NCBI GenBank assembly: GCA_016191105.1
Contig: JACPPH010000004.1
Span: 1,230-65,229, forward strand
From: Candidatus Saccharimonadota bacterium
GTDB taxonomy: Bacteria > Patescibacteriota > Saccharimonadia > CAILAD01 > BJGX01
Direction of reading: 5' to 3'
Length of the DNA: 64,000 nucleotides
Shown: positions 47,505-57,228 of the stretch, in pieces
How positions within the stretch are numbered: the first letter of the stretch is position 1
Layout of the letters: every line of letters begins with the position of its first letter
Notes under the pieces: generated by a model
Told to the model about the DNA's origin: nothing
The model's database searches: none
Seen by the model: only the letters and a program-made list of their open reading frames with translations
Made by a program: the position numbers and the translations under genes

Positions 47505-47926
47505 ACAGTAGTACAAAATCTTCGGCCAAAACTCCAGCAGACTACATTAATCAGCTAGAAGAGCCGCGCAAGAGCGAAATTGCTGAACTCAATAATCTTA
47601 TTCGGGCCACTGTGCCAAAACTTAAGCCATTCATGCAATCTGGCATGTTGGCTTACGGCAAATATCGATTTAGATATGCCAGTGGTCGTGAGGGTGACTG
47701 GATGGTGATAGGTCTTGCCAGCCAAAAGAACTACATATCGCTATATATTTGCTGCATTTTGGCAGATACTGGTCAATATTTAGCTGAACAATACAAAGAT
47801 AAGCTACCTAAGGCCAGCATTGGTAAAAGTTGCATTCGCTTTAAGCACTTGGGGGATGCCGACGAACAGGTGATTAAGGAAATTCTAAAGAAAGCCGAAA
47901 AACTAGGAGGAATGTCGGCCGTATGA
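47501..47926 (+). CDS. DUF1801 (YdhG-like) domain protein
   Basis: Pattern typical of the family. Coupled overlap with the upstream gene. Confidence 0.55.
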   Translation: MNSSTKSSAKTPADYINQLEEPRKSEIAELNNLIRATVPKLKPFMQSGMLAYGKYRFRYASGREGDWMVIGLASQKNYISLYICCILADTGQYLAEQYKDKLPKASIGKSCIRFKHLGDADEQVIKEILKKAEKLGGMSAV

Positions 47927-48486
47927 GCCCAAGCCAAGCCCTAAAACAAGCTTGTGAAGTTGCGAGCAAGCAAATTGATATGATCAAGCCTGGCCAATGG
48001 CATGTTGTTACGCCCAATACTGATTGGGATTTGACTGCTCTGGTTAAGCACATGGTTTACGAGGTGCTTTGGGTACCCGACCTAGTTGAGGGCAAGACGG
48101 TTAAAGAGGTGGGTGATAAGTATGATGGTGACATATTGGGCAAAGATGCCAAAAAAGCCTGGCTAGCAGCCTCGCAAAAGGCCGTGGCGGCATTTACAGA
48201 TCCAGGCGCCATGACCAAAACAGTCCATTTAAGCTACGCCAACGTGATGGGTGAGCATTATTGCAGCGAGATTGCTAGCGATGTGTTTATTCACTCTTGG
48301 GATGTGGCCAAGGCTGTTGATACAAATACCGATCTAGATAAAGAATTGGCGGAATTTACTTACAAATTCATGCAGCCCCGAGCTGCCGAAATGCGCCAAA
48401 GTGGCCTGTTTGGCTCGGAAGTCAAAGTGGCAAACGATGCTGATTTGCAAACTAAGCTACTAGCTTTATACGGTCGTAGAAACTAG
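47923..48486 (+). CDS. DinB/MDMPI-like (TIGR03086-type) protein
   Basis: Helical-bundle pattern with conserved Trp and His positions. Confidence 0.45.
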   Translation: MSPSQALKQACEVASKQIDMIKPGQWHVVTPNTDWDLTALVKHMVYEVLWVPDLVEGKTVKEVGDKYDGDILGKDAKKAWLAASQKAVAAFTDPGAMTKTVHLSYANVMGEHYCSEIASDVFIHSWDVAKAVDTNTDLDKELAEFTYKFMQPRAAEMRQSGLFGSEVKVANDADLQTKLLALYGRRN

Positions 48487-48864
48487 CTAGTCTATAACAC
48501 GGTCGTGGGTTGTGGCTGCTTTAGATTCTTTTGATTTACCGCTGCCACCACTAAACACCGTAGCAATTACTGCAAAGCCAATCAGAATAAATATGGCTGA
48601 TTCTAGCCACTGTACTGATGCAAAAAGACCCAATCGGTCGAGTAACAAGACAATACCAACGCCCATGATCCCAAGCGGGATGCCAATATGCTCACTATTG
48701 CTACCAATGGCAATCACACCCACAAATATTAACAGCATGGGCCAATATTGCCCAAGCGCACTGGTTACGGCTAGCTTTTGGCCAAGCAGTGAAAGTACGT
48801 ACAGGCCCAAAACGATGATCGCTGCTCCCAACACCAATTGTGCTACGCGTGACTTCATAGCCAA
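48487..48864 (-). CDS. Small membrane protein
   Basis: Four predicted transmembrane helices. Confidence 0.5.
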   Translation of the reverse strand: MAMKSRVAQLVLGAAIIVLGLYVLSLLGQKLAVTSALGQYWPMLLIFVGVIAIGSNSEHIGIPLGIMGVGIVLLLDRLGLFASVQWLESAIFILIGFAVIATVFSGGSGKSKESKAATTHDRVID

Positions 48865-48865
48865 A

Positions 48866-49255
48866 TCATACTCCCTTTAAACTTTTATAAAAGCACAGCT
48901 TATAACCATCGGGATCGCGCAACACAAATTCGCGATTGCCCCAGGGCCAATCGCGCGGCTCGCTAGAAGGTTTTAAACCTTTATCAACCAATCCGCGGTA
49001 AAAGCCGTCGATTTCGTCGACGTTTAGATATATATACAATCCAGCACCCTTATCTTTAGCCAGTGCGTCGGCCTCGAACTCTTTATTGCCTTTGGCGGTG
49101 GCTTGATTTACCAGCCAGAGCTTAAAACCGTTAAGATCCATTATGGCAATGTCGTCGTCGCTGTGGTCTACACTAAGGCCTAAATCCTCATAGAACTCGG
49201 CTGATTTTAAGTGGTCGGTCACATATAGAGTAATAATATCTAGTTTCTTGATCAT
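48866..49255 (-). CDS. VOC-family (glyoxalase/bleomycin-resistance fold) protein
   Basis: Start taken at the internal Met (MIKKLDIITLYVTD). Shows a betaalphabetabetabeta pattern. Confidence 0.6.
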   Translation of the reverse strand: MIKKLDIITLYVTDHLKSAEFYEDLGLSVDHSDDDIAIMDLNGFKLWLVNQATAKGNKEFEADALAKDKGAGLYIYLNVDEIDGFYRGLVDKGLKPSSEPRDWPWGNREFVLRDPDGYKLCFYKSLKGV

Positions 49256-49292
49256 ACTCGTATTGTAGCACTCGTCATGCCAAAGTAGTATT

Positions 49293-49826
49293 ATGAGCTT
49301 GATGGCAAGAAGCACCAAAAAGATTCAACTTATTTGGTTGGCGGTGGCTACAATTTTGGGACTTATTTTGGTAGCCGGGCTGGTAGTGATATTGGTTAAC
49401 CGCCAAAAAAAGCCCACTTACTTTAACGACAATTCGGTTAAAATTATCGACTTCGAAAGTAGCACCGGACCAGTTAGTCCACAGTATCAGTCTAGTCGGT
49501 CGCTCATAATTACACCCACCAGCTGTACCTACATTGTTACGAACTTTGGTCAAAACGCAGCTCCGGTTACCACTAATTGCCAGATAAGCCAACAAGGGTT
49601 CGAGGCTATAGCGGCTGCCTACAAAGACCAGGATGTTCAAAACAAGCTCGGTGGCAAGCAAACCCAGAATAATTTAATCGGCGGTCCAACCAATACAATT
49701 ACCATTACTACTGCCGATGGCAATCAACTGAAAGCCAACGTAACACCCGAGCTTAAGAATCAGATTAGTAGTTGGCTAAAAACCGTACAACAATATGTGC
49801 CGCAAGTTGGCGAGATGCAGTACTAG
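49293..49826 (+). CDS. Membrane-anchored hypothetical protein
   Basis: N-terminal transmembrane helix. Its last 47 nt are duplicated at 50243-50289. Confidence 0.5.
   Translation: MSLMARSTKKIQLIWLAVATILGLILVAGLVVILVNRQKKPTYFNDNSVKIIDFESSTGPVSPQYQSSRSLIITPTSCTYIVTNFGQNAAPVTTNCQISQQGFEAIAAAYKDQDVQNKLGGKQTQNNLIGGPTNTITITTADGNQLKANVTPELKNQISSWLKTVQQYVPQVGEMQY
49780..49826 (+). repeat. Direct repeat, left copy (47 bp)
   Basis: aaaccgtacaacaatatgtgccgcaagttggcgagatgcagtactag. Confidence 0.8.
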
Positions 49827-49849
49827 TTTAAGGAAGGTATAATAAGTAC

Positions 49850-50170
49850 ATGTTTTTTATATGGAGTTCAGGCAAACGACGCAGGGCTCATAAGCTCAAA
49901 GAAAACCAATATGTGGTCTATGTTTATTCAAGCTTTAGACTCTTTTTTGTTTTCTCATCGGTGTCGAAAGGACAATATTACTTAATCGGCAAGGATAGAA
50001 CAAAAGACAAAGAAATAAGTTTAGACGAGGCTAATAAACTCTGTGGTGACAAACTTCCACAAAACACCTGGTGGGAACGTTATGGCTTAGCAGTATTTGT
50101 TGGAGCTATTGGGATACTTGTTATATTTGGCGTGTTATCTAGCCTCATAAGCAACCCCTATCTATACTAG
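49850..50170 (+). CDS. Small membrane protein carried on the inserted segment
   Basis: AT-rich 106-aa ORF with a C-terminal transmembrane helix. Lies between the 47-bp direct repeats. Confidence 0.35.
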   Translation: MFFIWSSGKRRRAHKLKENQYVVYVYSSFRLFFVFSSVSKGQYYLIGKDRTKDKEISLDEANKLCGDKLPQNTWWERYGLAVFVGAIGILVIFGVLSSLISNPYLY

Positions 50171-50242
50171 GGTTATTTATTCTTAGTAAATCTTAGTATC
50201 TTTTAGCTCATTGGCCATAAGGGCAGATCAATAGCTGACTGC

Positions 50243-50289
50243 AAACCGTGCAACAATATGTGCCGCAAGTTGGCGAGATGCAGTACTAG
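50243..50289 (+). repeat. Direct repeat, right copy (47 bp, one mismatch)
   Basis: aaaccgtgcaacaatatgtgccgcaagttggcgagatgcagtactag. Confidence 0.8.
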
Positions 50290-50745
50290 CTAGAGATTAT
50301 CAAACGAGCTTGTTACTATTTCTGGATTTTTGATTCCAAGTTCTTTCGTAACAAATTCAATTTTTGGATTTTTACCTTTTAGAATCAGAAAGTTCCCGAC
50401 AACCTTTATATTGTTTAAGGATATCTTCATTTGTGGATGCTTGAAGAACTTGCGACGGTTGATGATAATCCTCTTTAAGCCGAACTTTTCATCTAGGTTT
50501 GCCAGTGTTTGTTCCAAATCTTGGATAACATCCTTACTTTTTATTACGAACTTACCATGTACTTTCTCCATCACAATCAAGAAGCTACCTCTTTCATTTT
50601 CACTGATTTTTAGGATTCTATCATCGGGCTGATTGAAATATGTATAAGTGGAAGTTCTTTCTTTGCTCAGAGGGCAGCCTAAGCTTTTCAACTTTGCTTC
50701 AATCTTGTGCGGATCATTAACTCTAATTTTTAGTTCTTTTTGCAT
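50290..50745 (-). CDS. CYTH-like (triphosphate tunnel metalloenzyme) domain protein
   Basis: N-terminal ELKIRV...IEAKLK pattern and alternating beta-strand charge pattern. AT-rich. Confidence 0.45.
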   Translation of the reverse strand: MQKELKIRVNDPHKIEAKLKSLGCPLSKERTSTYTYFNQPDDRILKISENERGSFLIVMEKVHGKFVIKSKDVIQDLEQTLANLDEKFGLKRIIINRRKFFKHPQMKISLNNIKVVGNFLILKGKNPKIEFVTKELGIKNPEIVTSSFDNL

Positions 50746-50747
50746 GC

Positions 50748-52046
50748 TTAGTCTTCAAAAATCTTAATATCTTTTAACTCATCGGGTAAAAAGCCCTTAA
50801 GGTGCTTAAAGCCCGATTCCCATTTAGTGCCTTTTTGGTAGCCAAGATCCTTCATAAGCTTAGTCGGGGCGTTGCGCAAATGTAGTGGTACTGGTGCGTC
50901 TGGGTGGTCGCCAGCAGCCTTAAATGCCTTGGCCATGGCATCTGTAACACCCCGGGACTTCTTGCTCTTTGCTAACACAACCGCACATTCAAACAAATTA
51001 AGCTGGCATTCGGGCAGGCCAATGCGCTCCACGGCCAGAAAGGTTGAAACAGCTAAGTTGAGTGCTGCCGGAGCGGCTAAGCCAATATCTTCGCTTGCAA
51101 AAATTATATTGCGGCGGGCAATAAACTTGGGGTCTTCACCCCCCTGTAGCATGCGAGCCAGATAGTATAGCGTGGCGTCGACATCAGAGCCGCGCATAGA
51201 TTTGATGTAAGCAGAGATAAGATTGTAGTGATACTCGCCACCCTTATCGTACTTAGCAGTCATAGCCTGCATGGCTTGCTTAATGTCCTCGGGCTTAATA
51301 ACTCGCTTTGTGATGGCTGCGGCGGCCTCCAGGCCGTTGAGAGCCATACGGGCGTCTCCTCCGCTGAGATCGGCTAACAGCTCTACGGCTTCGGGTTTAA
51401 CGCCCTTGCTCTTTAGCTCTTGCACAGCCCTAACAATAATGGTTTTGATATCATCTTTGCTAAGGGGTTCCAGAACAACCACGCGCGAACGGCTGAGTAG
51501 GGGGCCAATAACCTCAAAGCTTGGGTTCTCGGTGGTGGCGCCTATCAAAATAACAGTGCCGTTCTCGACATGGGGCAAAAAAGCATCTTGCTGGGCTTTG
51601 TTGAATCTGTGAATCTCATCGACAAACAATACCGTCTTTCTGGGCTTGGCGCGCTGCTGCGTTAACGACTGCGATGCGCCTTTGCTGTATTTCGAATACA
51701 GCTCAGTTTGCTTCTCGTCGCTGCCTTGCATCGTATCCAACCCAGAAAGCCGTTTTTCAGCTTCATGAATAATTTTTCTTACATCTGCCAAGGTGGCCGT
51801 AACAGCCGAGATCTCAACATACTCAAAATCGCCCGAGCGAGCAATAATCCGCGCCAAAGTGGTTTTGCCGCTTCCAGGTGGCCCCCACAGAACCATACTA
51901 ACAGGCTCGCCTTGCTCGATTACAGTACGCAAAAATTGGTTTTTGCCGACAATATGCTCTTGGCCAACTACCTCTGAGAGGGCAGAGGGCCGCATTTGGT
52001 CGGCCAATGGATTAAGACAGTGGCTTTTCACCACATTAGTATACAA
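50748..52046 (-). CDS. rarA: Replication-associated recombination protein A (AAA+ ATPase)
   Basis: Walker A GPPGSGKTT, Walker B VLFVDEIHRFNK and a MgsA C-terminal domain. Confidence 0.85.
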   Translation of the reverse strand: MYTNVVKSHCLNPLADQMRPSALSEVVGQEHIVGKNQFLRTVIEQGEPVSMVLWGPPGSGKTTLARIIARSGDFEYVEISAVTATLADVRKIIHEAEKRLSGLDTMQGSDEKQTELYSKYSKGASQSLTQQRAKPRKTVLFVDEIHRFNKAQQDAFLPHVENGTVILIGATTENPSFEVIGPLLSRSRVVVLEPLSKDDIKTIIVRAVQELKSKGVKPEAVELLADLSGGDARMALNGLEAAAAITKRVIKPEDIKQAMQAMTAKYDKGGEYHYNLISAYIKSMRGSDVDATLYYLARMLQGGEDPKFIARRNIIFASEDIGLAAPAALNLAVSTFLAVERIGLPECQLNLFECAVVLAKSKKSRGVTDAMAKAFKAAGDHPDAPVPLHLRNAPTKLMKDLGYQKGTKWESGFKHLKGFLPDELKDIKIFED

Positions 52047-52256
52047 TTAAGGCGTACAAAAACCAAAAGTATGGCCTGTGCAGCCGGCACTTCTTTGTAG
52101 CCAAAGAAGCAAAGCTTCCGGCATGGACGCAAAACAAGAGCGCTAGCTAACCTCTCGCTTCCAGTTCTGCGGAACTCGCTTAAACGCTCAAACAGTCCTC
52201 GAACGTGGGGCACTCAAGCTTAGCCAGCTTTCTGTTTGCTTTAATGCCGGACAGAA
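52047..52256 (-). repeat. Intergenic modular repeat, copy D (partial, inverted)
   Basis: Its reverse complement matches the copy B head (ccggcattaaagcaa, gttcgaggactgtttga, gagttccgcag, atgccagaagctttgg...caaagaag). Confidence 0.65.
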
Positions 52257-52580
52257 CTATTTTTTGTGATTGGGTTTTCCCGAAGCAACATGCCAATGTA
52301 GGTGCTTAGAGTCTTGATACTCGCCAAGGTTAGTTAGTACTTGGCATTTACCATGTTTGGCAACCACATCTTGGGCAACTGTTTGAACCACATGAAGGAT
52401 AGCTAAAAGTATATCGTCATCAGCCTCCAATAACGATTCGACATGCTTTTTCGGAACCACAACAATGTGTACCGGCCAGTGTGGCTTAGTGTGTTTAAAA
52501 GCCAGCACTTTGTCGGTTTCTAAGACCTTTTCAACCTTGGTTTTGCCGCTGAAGACTTCATCGCAGTAAAAATCATCCAT
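52257..52580 (-). CDS. HIT-family (histidine triad) protein
   Basis: HLHWHV histidine-triad motif. Confidence 0.8.
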   Translation of the reverse strand: MDDFYCDEVFSGKTKVEKVLETDKVLAFKHTKPHWPVHIVVVPKKHVESLLEADDDILLAILHVVQTVAQDVVAKHGKCQVLTNLGEYQDSKHLHWHVASGKPNHKK

Positions 52581-52589
52581 GAATGACTT

Positions 52590-53606
52590 TTACTTTTTAT
52601 GAGCGGCTTTGTGGTGGGCGCGGTGGTGGCGGGGGCCGATGTACTTTTTCCAGAGGCGCTTGGAGAGCTCGACACCCTTGGCTATCAGATCGAACCGTTT
52701 AAGAACGTAGGCGATTATGGCAATCAGCACAAAGAACAGGCCGTAGCTACGGGTTTGATTAAACAAGAAGTTGGTAACATTGGCCATTAAGTCGTTGAGT
52801 TGGCCACCAATGAGTGCGTCGGTACTCTGTGGAACAACAAGTGTCAGGATTGGTGGGAACATATATGAGGCAACCACAATGAATAAGCCGGCCGCACCAA
52901 ATGTCCACGCGGCAGTATGTAATAATCGACGGTACTGGCGCCACGATAGGGCAATAATGCCCAGAATGTCGAGAATAATAATCCACCACATAAGTGTTAC
53001 ACCGGCATTGATCATATTTAAGGTGTTGCGCATGCGGATCATCAGCACCAACGGGTTGGTTTGGCTGTCTTTCACGTTACTAACTAGCGTGAGTTGATTT
53101 GGTGTTGCCTGAATGATCGAATCGATCGGTTGGCTCAGCACTTCTGGTAGTTTGGCACTACCCACAAACTGTTCGGCTTGGGTTTTGTATTGTTGAGTGT
53201 TTAGCACGACCTGGTTGTTTTGGATTTCTGTTGGTGCTTTTGTTGTTACCTGGTAGGCGATCTTAAGGCCGGGCTCAGCGACCTTGGCCAGATTCTCGGG
53301 TGTAACAATTATGTCGAGTAGCTTCTGAGCTATAGCATTTTTAATAAAGTTGTTCTTGATGCCGTCGGGCAACTTATCGTTAACTTCGGCCTTGATGATA
53401 TCGGCACTACTCTCGAGTACTTTGGCGCCACGCAAGAAGACCATTGTTTTGGCGGCGGTCGAAAAGTTAGCTTGTAAAACGCTGAGGTAACTGCACAGAA
53501 TCAAGGCCACCACAAGCACAAAGCCCAGAAAACGCAACCAGCCAGTATGAACTTTTACTGGCTGGGTTGAGCGCTCAGATTTGTGAGCAGGCACTTTATT
53601 TGCCAC
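52590..53606 (-). CDS. Membrane protein (hypothetical)
   Basis: N-terminal transmembrane helix, a periplasmic region, then four C-terminal helices. Confidence 0.5.
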   Translation of the reverse strand: MANKVPAHKSERSTQPVKVHTGWLRFLGFVLVVALILCSYLSVLQANFSTAAKTMVFLRGAKVLESSADIIKAEVNDKLPDGIKNNFIKNAIAQKLLDIIVTPENLAKVAEPGLKIAYQVTTKAPTEIQNNQVVLNTQQYKTQAEQFVGSAKLPEVLSQPIDSIIQATPNQLTLVSNVKDSQTNPLVLMIRMRNTLNMINAGVTLMWWIIILDILGIIALSWRQYRRLLHTAAWTFGAAGLFIVVASYMFPPILTLVVPQSTDALIGGQLNDLMANVTNFLFNQTRSYGLFFVLIAIIAYVLKRFDLIAKGVELSKRLWKKYIGPRHHRAHHKAAHKK

Positions 53607-54138
53607 CTTTGAGCTTAGGATAGGCGAATAGGGCTAGAATTCCCAGGACCGCACCCGACACCATGGCGTACAAGCCAATTACCCAAATTAGGGCAAGTAT
53701 GCCAGAGAGCGGATTAAACAGCAGGTAGATGCCGAATATTAGAGCGAGAAAGCCAACAATTATTAATAACCAGGTACCAGGCAACTCTTTTCGCTGGGTG
53801 ATGCCAACGTAGAGGTCGACCATGCCAAAAAACAGAGCCCAAACAGCTACCAATAGTACAATAATGTCGCCAGTTAGTTGCGGGCGACCAAGCAAGAATA
53901 TACCTACGATTGCTAACACCACACCCATTATTACAGTCAGCCCGGCGTGTTTGTTTTGCTTATCAAAAGCAGGCTCAAACACCATAAACAGCCCTGATAT
54001 TAAAAAGTTTAGGGCAAACAAAAATATCACCACCAACAGGGTAATTCCTGGCCAGGCAATAACTAATGCGCCTAAGATAATATTTACCAACGCGCGAACC
54101 AAGAGGGCGGCACGTGATGGCATGTAAGCGACTTCCAT
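53596..54138 (-). CDS. HdeD/DUF308-like membrane protein
   Basis: Six transmembrane helices with a repeated GxxxLxxG pattern. Confidence 0.5.
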   Translation of the reverse strand: MEVAYMPSRAALLVRALVNIILGALVIAWPGITLLVVIFLFALNFLISGLFMVFEPAFDKQNKHAGLTVIMGVVLAIVGIFLLGRPQLTGDIIVLLVAVWALFFGMVDLYVGITQRKELPGTWLLIIVGFLALIFGIYLLFNPLSGILALIWVIGLYAMVSGAVLGILALFAYPKLKGGK

Positions 54139-54223
54139 TTTTTACTCTCCTAACTTTATTGTTGTTTTGATTGTATAAACATTTTGGTCAGTTAGCAACT
54201 TAATAGAGCTTGGGCTGTTATAA

Positions 54224-54895
54224 TTGTTGCGTATGCAAGAAACACTGGTTAAGCTTTTGCCGGTCGCGGTGGCTTCGGCAGTTAGCCCACTACTACTCAC
54301 AGCTTCGATATTTGTATTGGCTAGCCCCAAGCGGCCAGTTGCCAAAGCATTTATGCTGGCAGTTGGCGGCCTGTTGGTACTGGTACCGGTTAGCATTTTT
54401 ATTGTCTTTTTTGATAACCAAGTTGCAGCTATTCAGGCTGGCCCGAGTGGTAACGGTCGTGATGTGTTACACATGGTGGCTGGGGTGCTGCTGGTTGTGC
54501 TGATTTTGCATGATCTAAAGAAGAGAAAGACCAAAAAACATCAAAACCTACTTACGAAATCCAACGAGCTATGGAAGTATGTGGTTGGCGGTTTTGGTTT
54601 AATGTTGGTCAATGTCACCACACTTATGATGTACGTGCCAGCCGCAGCCATACTAAATCAATCCGGCCTAAGCGATGCCGGCCGGCTGTTGGGTTTGGCT
54701 GAGATGGTGGCTTTCTCGCTACTGCCGTATTTGATTGGGCCAGTTTTGGTGATTTTACTCGGCAAACGTTCGGGCTTGGTACTAAAACCACTAAGCCACT
54801 TTATGGATCGCTACGGCAACGATTTGATAGCTGTAATTTTTGGCATACTGGGTGTGTACTTATTCATTGAGGGCTTGTTAAACTTTATAAAGTAA
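54224..54895 (+). CDS. Membrane protein (hypothetical)
   Basis: Six predicted transmembrane helices. Confidence 0.5.
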   Translation: MLRMQETLVKLLPVAVASAVSPLLLTASIFVLASPKRPVAKAFMLAVGGLLVLVPVSIFIVFFDNQVAAIQAGPSGNGRDVLHMVAGVLLVVLILHDLKKRKTKKHQNLLTKSNELWKYVVGGFGLMLVNVTTLMMYVPAAAILNQSGLSDAGRLLGLAEMVAFSLLPYLIGPVLVILLGKRSGLVLKPLSHFMDRYGNDLIAVIFGILGVYLFIEGLLNFIK

Positions 54896-54896
54896 C

Positions 54897-55115
54897 ATGA
54901 GAAAACTTCAACATTCTGAAACCACCGGCCGCTCGGTTGTAAAGAGCATTACTTATAGGATTTGCATTATTATTTCGATTTTTATTGTTAGCTACGTAAC
55001 TACTGGCAAGCTCGATACAACTCTGCAAATAACCGGCATCACTACTGTTACTGGCATAATAATTTACTTTATTCATGAGCGAGTTTGGAGCTTAATAAGG
55101 TGGGGGCGTAAATGA
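54897..55115 (+). CDS. Small membrane protein (DUF2061-like)
   Basis: 72 aa with two transmembrane helices. Confidence 0.4.
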   Translation: MRKLQHSETTGRSVVKSITYRICIIISIFIVSYVTTGKLDTTLQITGITTVTGIIIYFIHERVWSLIRWGRK

Positions 55116-55417
55116 GCGGGGAGTATTATTCAGTGCCAGAGCCAACTCGCAAGGAGCTCAGGTCTGAGAGACTACGCATAAACGTGGGTCCGCCTGAACA
55201 GAACACCGAGGCTGGCCTGCGGGTTGGCCAACAGCTTGTGCAGAGGGACGGTGGTGAAACTTGGAGTGTCGGTGCAATTAACACAGTCGACAAAGGTCCG
55301 CTAAGCGGTGAAAAAATGGTTCAACTGCAAGATGCTAACGGCAATACGTTTAATACCCCCCTGAGTAGGCTGCAAGAGATTTTGAAGACAGAGGGTGGAG
55401 CCTGGCGGCTAGCTTGA
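55112..55417 (+). CDS. Hypothetical protein
   Basis: 101 aa. Coupled overlaps with both neighbours. Confidence 0.4.
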   Translation: MSGEYYSVPEPTRKELRSERLRINVGPPEQNTEAGLRVGQQLVQRDGGETWSVGAINTVDKGPLSGEKMVQLQDANGNTFNTPLSRLQEILKTEGGAWRLA

Positions 55418-56121
55418 GTGTGCCAACGCTTAAAAGCCAGCTTAAAGCTGCTGGTAGCCCAGAACGGGCCAAGACCAGTGCTTACCTTTTTAAGACCGGC
55501 AAAGGCCAGTATGGCTATGGCGATGTTTTCTACGGTGTGAGCGTGCCACAGCAGCGCAAGATTGCCAAACAATTTCGTGATTTACCGCTTAAAGAGGTCG
55601 AGAGGTTACTGCAATCCAAAGTCCACGAGGAGCGCTTAACGGCCAGTATAATATTGGTTGATCAATACAAGAAGGCAGATGAAAAAATTAAGACTGAAAT
55701 TTACAATTTTTATCTGGCTAATACCAAATACATAAACAATTGGGACATTATTGATGGCTCAGCGGAATTTATTGTAGGTGACTATTTGCAGGATAAAGAT
55801 AAGGCAGTTCTAGTTAAGTTGGCAAAATCAAAGTCACTTTGGGAGCGGCGAATAGCCATTTTGAGCACCTTTGCCTATATAAAGCAGGGCGAATCAGCCG
55901 AAACGCTTAAAATTGCAGGGATTTTACTCCACGACCCAGAAGATCTAATTCAAAAAGCTGTCGGTTGGATGCTACGTGAGGCTGGCAAGCGTTGCAGCCG
56001 AGAGGAAGAAGAAAGCTTCTTGCAAGCTCACTACAAAACCATGCCACGAACCATGTTGCGCTATGCCATAGAACACTTCGATGAGCCCAGGCGCCAGGCC
56101 TACTTAAAAGGTACAGTTTAG
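55414..56121 (+). CDS. DNA alkylation repair protein (AlkD/AlkC-like HEAT-repeat glycosylase)
   Basis: HEAT-like repeats, WDIIDGSAEFIVGDY and WMLREAGKR motifs. Confidence 0.65.
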   Translation: MSVPTLKSQLKAAGSPERAKTSAYLFKTGKGQYGYGDVFYGVSVPQQRKIAKQFRDLPLKEVERLLQSKVHEERLTASIILVDQYKKADEKIKTEIYNFYLANTKYINNWDIIDGSAEFIVGDYLQDKDKAVLVKLAKSKSLWERRIAILSTFAYIKQGESAETLKIAGILLHDPEDLIQKAVGWMLREAGKRCSREEEESFLQAHYKTMPRTMLRYAIEHFDEPRRQAYLKGTV

Positions 56122-56192
56122 ACTTCAAAAATCTAAGCTTATCTGGTATAATCCACCACTGAGTACCCAAGAGCCCAAATAAAGGGGGAGTG

Positions 56193-56369
56193 ATGAAGAA
56201 GGTACTGTTCATTGTTGGTCTGATTGTCCTGGGTGGGTTCTTTCTTGTGCTGCGTAGCGGTAGAAGTAAGTACCCTTCGGGATGTTGTCCAAGATGTGGT
56301 AGAGAGCTGGTGGGGGACAAGTATGAGACATACAAGTCGTGCCCCAAGCACGGCTTGTATATTCCATGA
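56193..56369 (+). CDS. Micro-protein: transmembrane helix plus zinc ribbon (58 aa)
   Basis: RBS aaagggggag. Transmembrane helix, then CCPRCG...CPKHG. Confidence 0.45.
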   Translation: MKKVLFIVGLIVLGGFFLVLRSGRSKYPSGCCPRCGRELVGDKYETYKSCPKHGLYIP

Positions 56370-56381
56370 AGGAGGATAGGT

Positions 56382-56576
56382 ATGATCCGTCGATCCTGGC
56401 CATTTGCGATCGTCGCGGGAGTGGCGTTCTTCTGGCAGCGTTCAAGAAGCCGATGCCATGACTGCAAGAAGGGACGCATGCGACGGTCGGAGCTTCACAG
56501 CCTCCGCAGTGGCCGTTGGTGTACGAACTGCGGCAGACGAACTGACACAGTTCCGGCGTTGAGCTGGCGGTTCTAG
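56382..56576 (+). CDS. Micro-protein: transmembrane helix plus zinc ribbon (64 aa)
   Basis: RBS gaaggagga. Transmembrane helix, then CHDCKKG...CTNCGRR. Confidence 0.45.
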   Translation: MIRRSWPFAIVAGVAFFWQRSRSRCHDCKKGRMRRSELHSLRSGRWCTNCGRRTDTVPALSWRF

Positions 56577-56800
56577 TGCAAGGTGCATACGAACAGCTGC
56601 GCGTAAAGGTTGCGCTCACGGACGGATGTGCCAACCTAAAACGTGCCGAGGGTCTGGAGGGTGGCCGCATGGTCTTCTTTCGCTGGCACAGTCCAGTTAA
56701 TGGCCGAACGTTTCATATCTACGGCTTCGGCTCTAGCCTCGACGAGGCCGCAGCCGAGGCCCTGGAGTGGGAAGGATTCAAGCAAGTCCAAGACAAGTAG
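56576..56800 (+). CDS. Small hypothetical protein (74 aa, GTG start)
   Basis: The GTG overlaps the upstream stop. Confidence 0.35.
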   Translation: MQGAYEQLRVKVALTDGCANLKRAEGLEGGRMVFFRWHSPVNGRTFHIYGFGSSLDEAAAEALEWEGFKQVQDK

Positions 56801-56825
56801 TTCGAGACCCGAAAAGGGGGAAGCA

Positions 56826-57059
56826 ATGAAGTGGAAGGTAGTACTGTTGACCGTGGGGGCTGTGACGGCAGCTGTAGCTGTTGTTGTGCTCAGAGCCCCT
56901 CAGGCCGATACCAGGACGAACCGCAGACGGCAGAGGGCCAACGACCGAGCCAACCGGCTCTATGGCGGCGTCTACGGCTCGTGCTCTCCGGGTCCTCGCC
57001 GGCCCATCCTGCAGTCACTGTTCGACCCAAGCCCAACGGGGGTCTTGAGCCCCCACTAG
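56826..57059 (+). CDS. Small single-transmembrane protein with Arg-rich tail (77 aa)
   Basis: RBS aaaagggggaag before the ATG. Transmembrane helix, then RTNRRRQRANDRANR. Confidence 0.4.
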   Translation: MKWKVVLLTVGAVTAAVAVVVLRAPQADTRTNRRRQRANDRANRLYGGVYGSCSPGPRRPILQSLFDPSPTGVLSPH

Positions 57060-57078
57060 TCACCGAGGAGGTGAGAAA

Positions 57079-57165
57079 ATGAAGAAGCTCGTCTTCGGGC
57101 TTGTCTGCTTCGCCGCTGGAGTGTTCGCTGGCATCGTGGGGCAGGCCATCTACGAGACGAAGTGA
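57079..57165 (+). CDS. Micro transmembrane peptide (28 aa)
   Basis: RBS ccgaggaggtgag before the ATG. MKKLVFGLVCFAAGVFAGIVGQAIYETK. Confidence 0.3.
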   Translation: MKKLVFGLVCFAAGVFAGIVGQAIYETK

Positions 57166-57189
57166 AGGACGGGGTAACTCGTTGTTCAC

Positions 57190-57225
57190 AAGAAGGGGCA
57201 CGACTACCTAGGTCGGCCCCTTCTT
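57190..57225. terminator. Hairpin between convergent genes
   Basis: aagaagggg-N18-ccccttctt (9-bp stem). Confidence 0.45.
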
Positions 57226-57228
57226 CGA

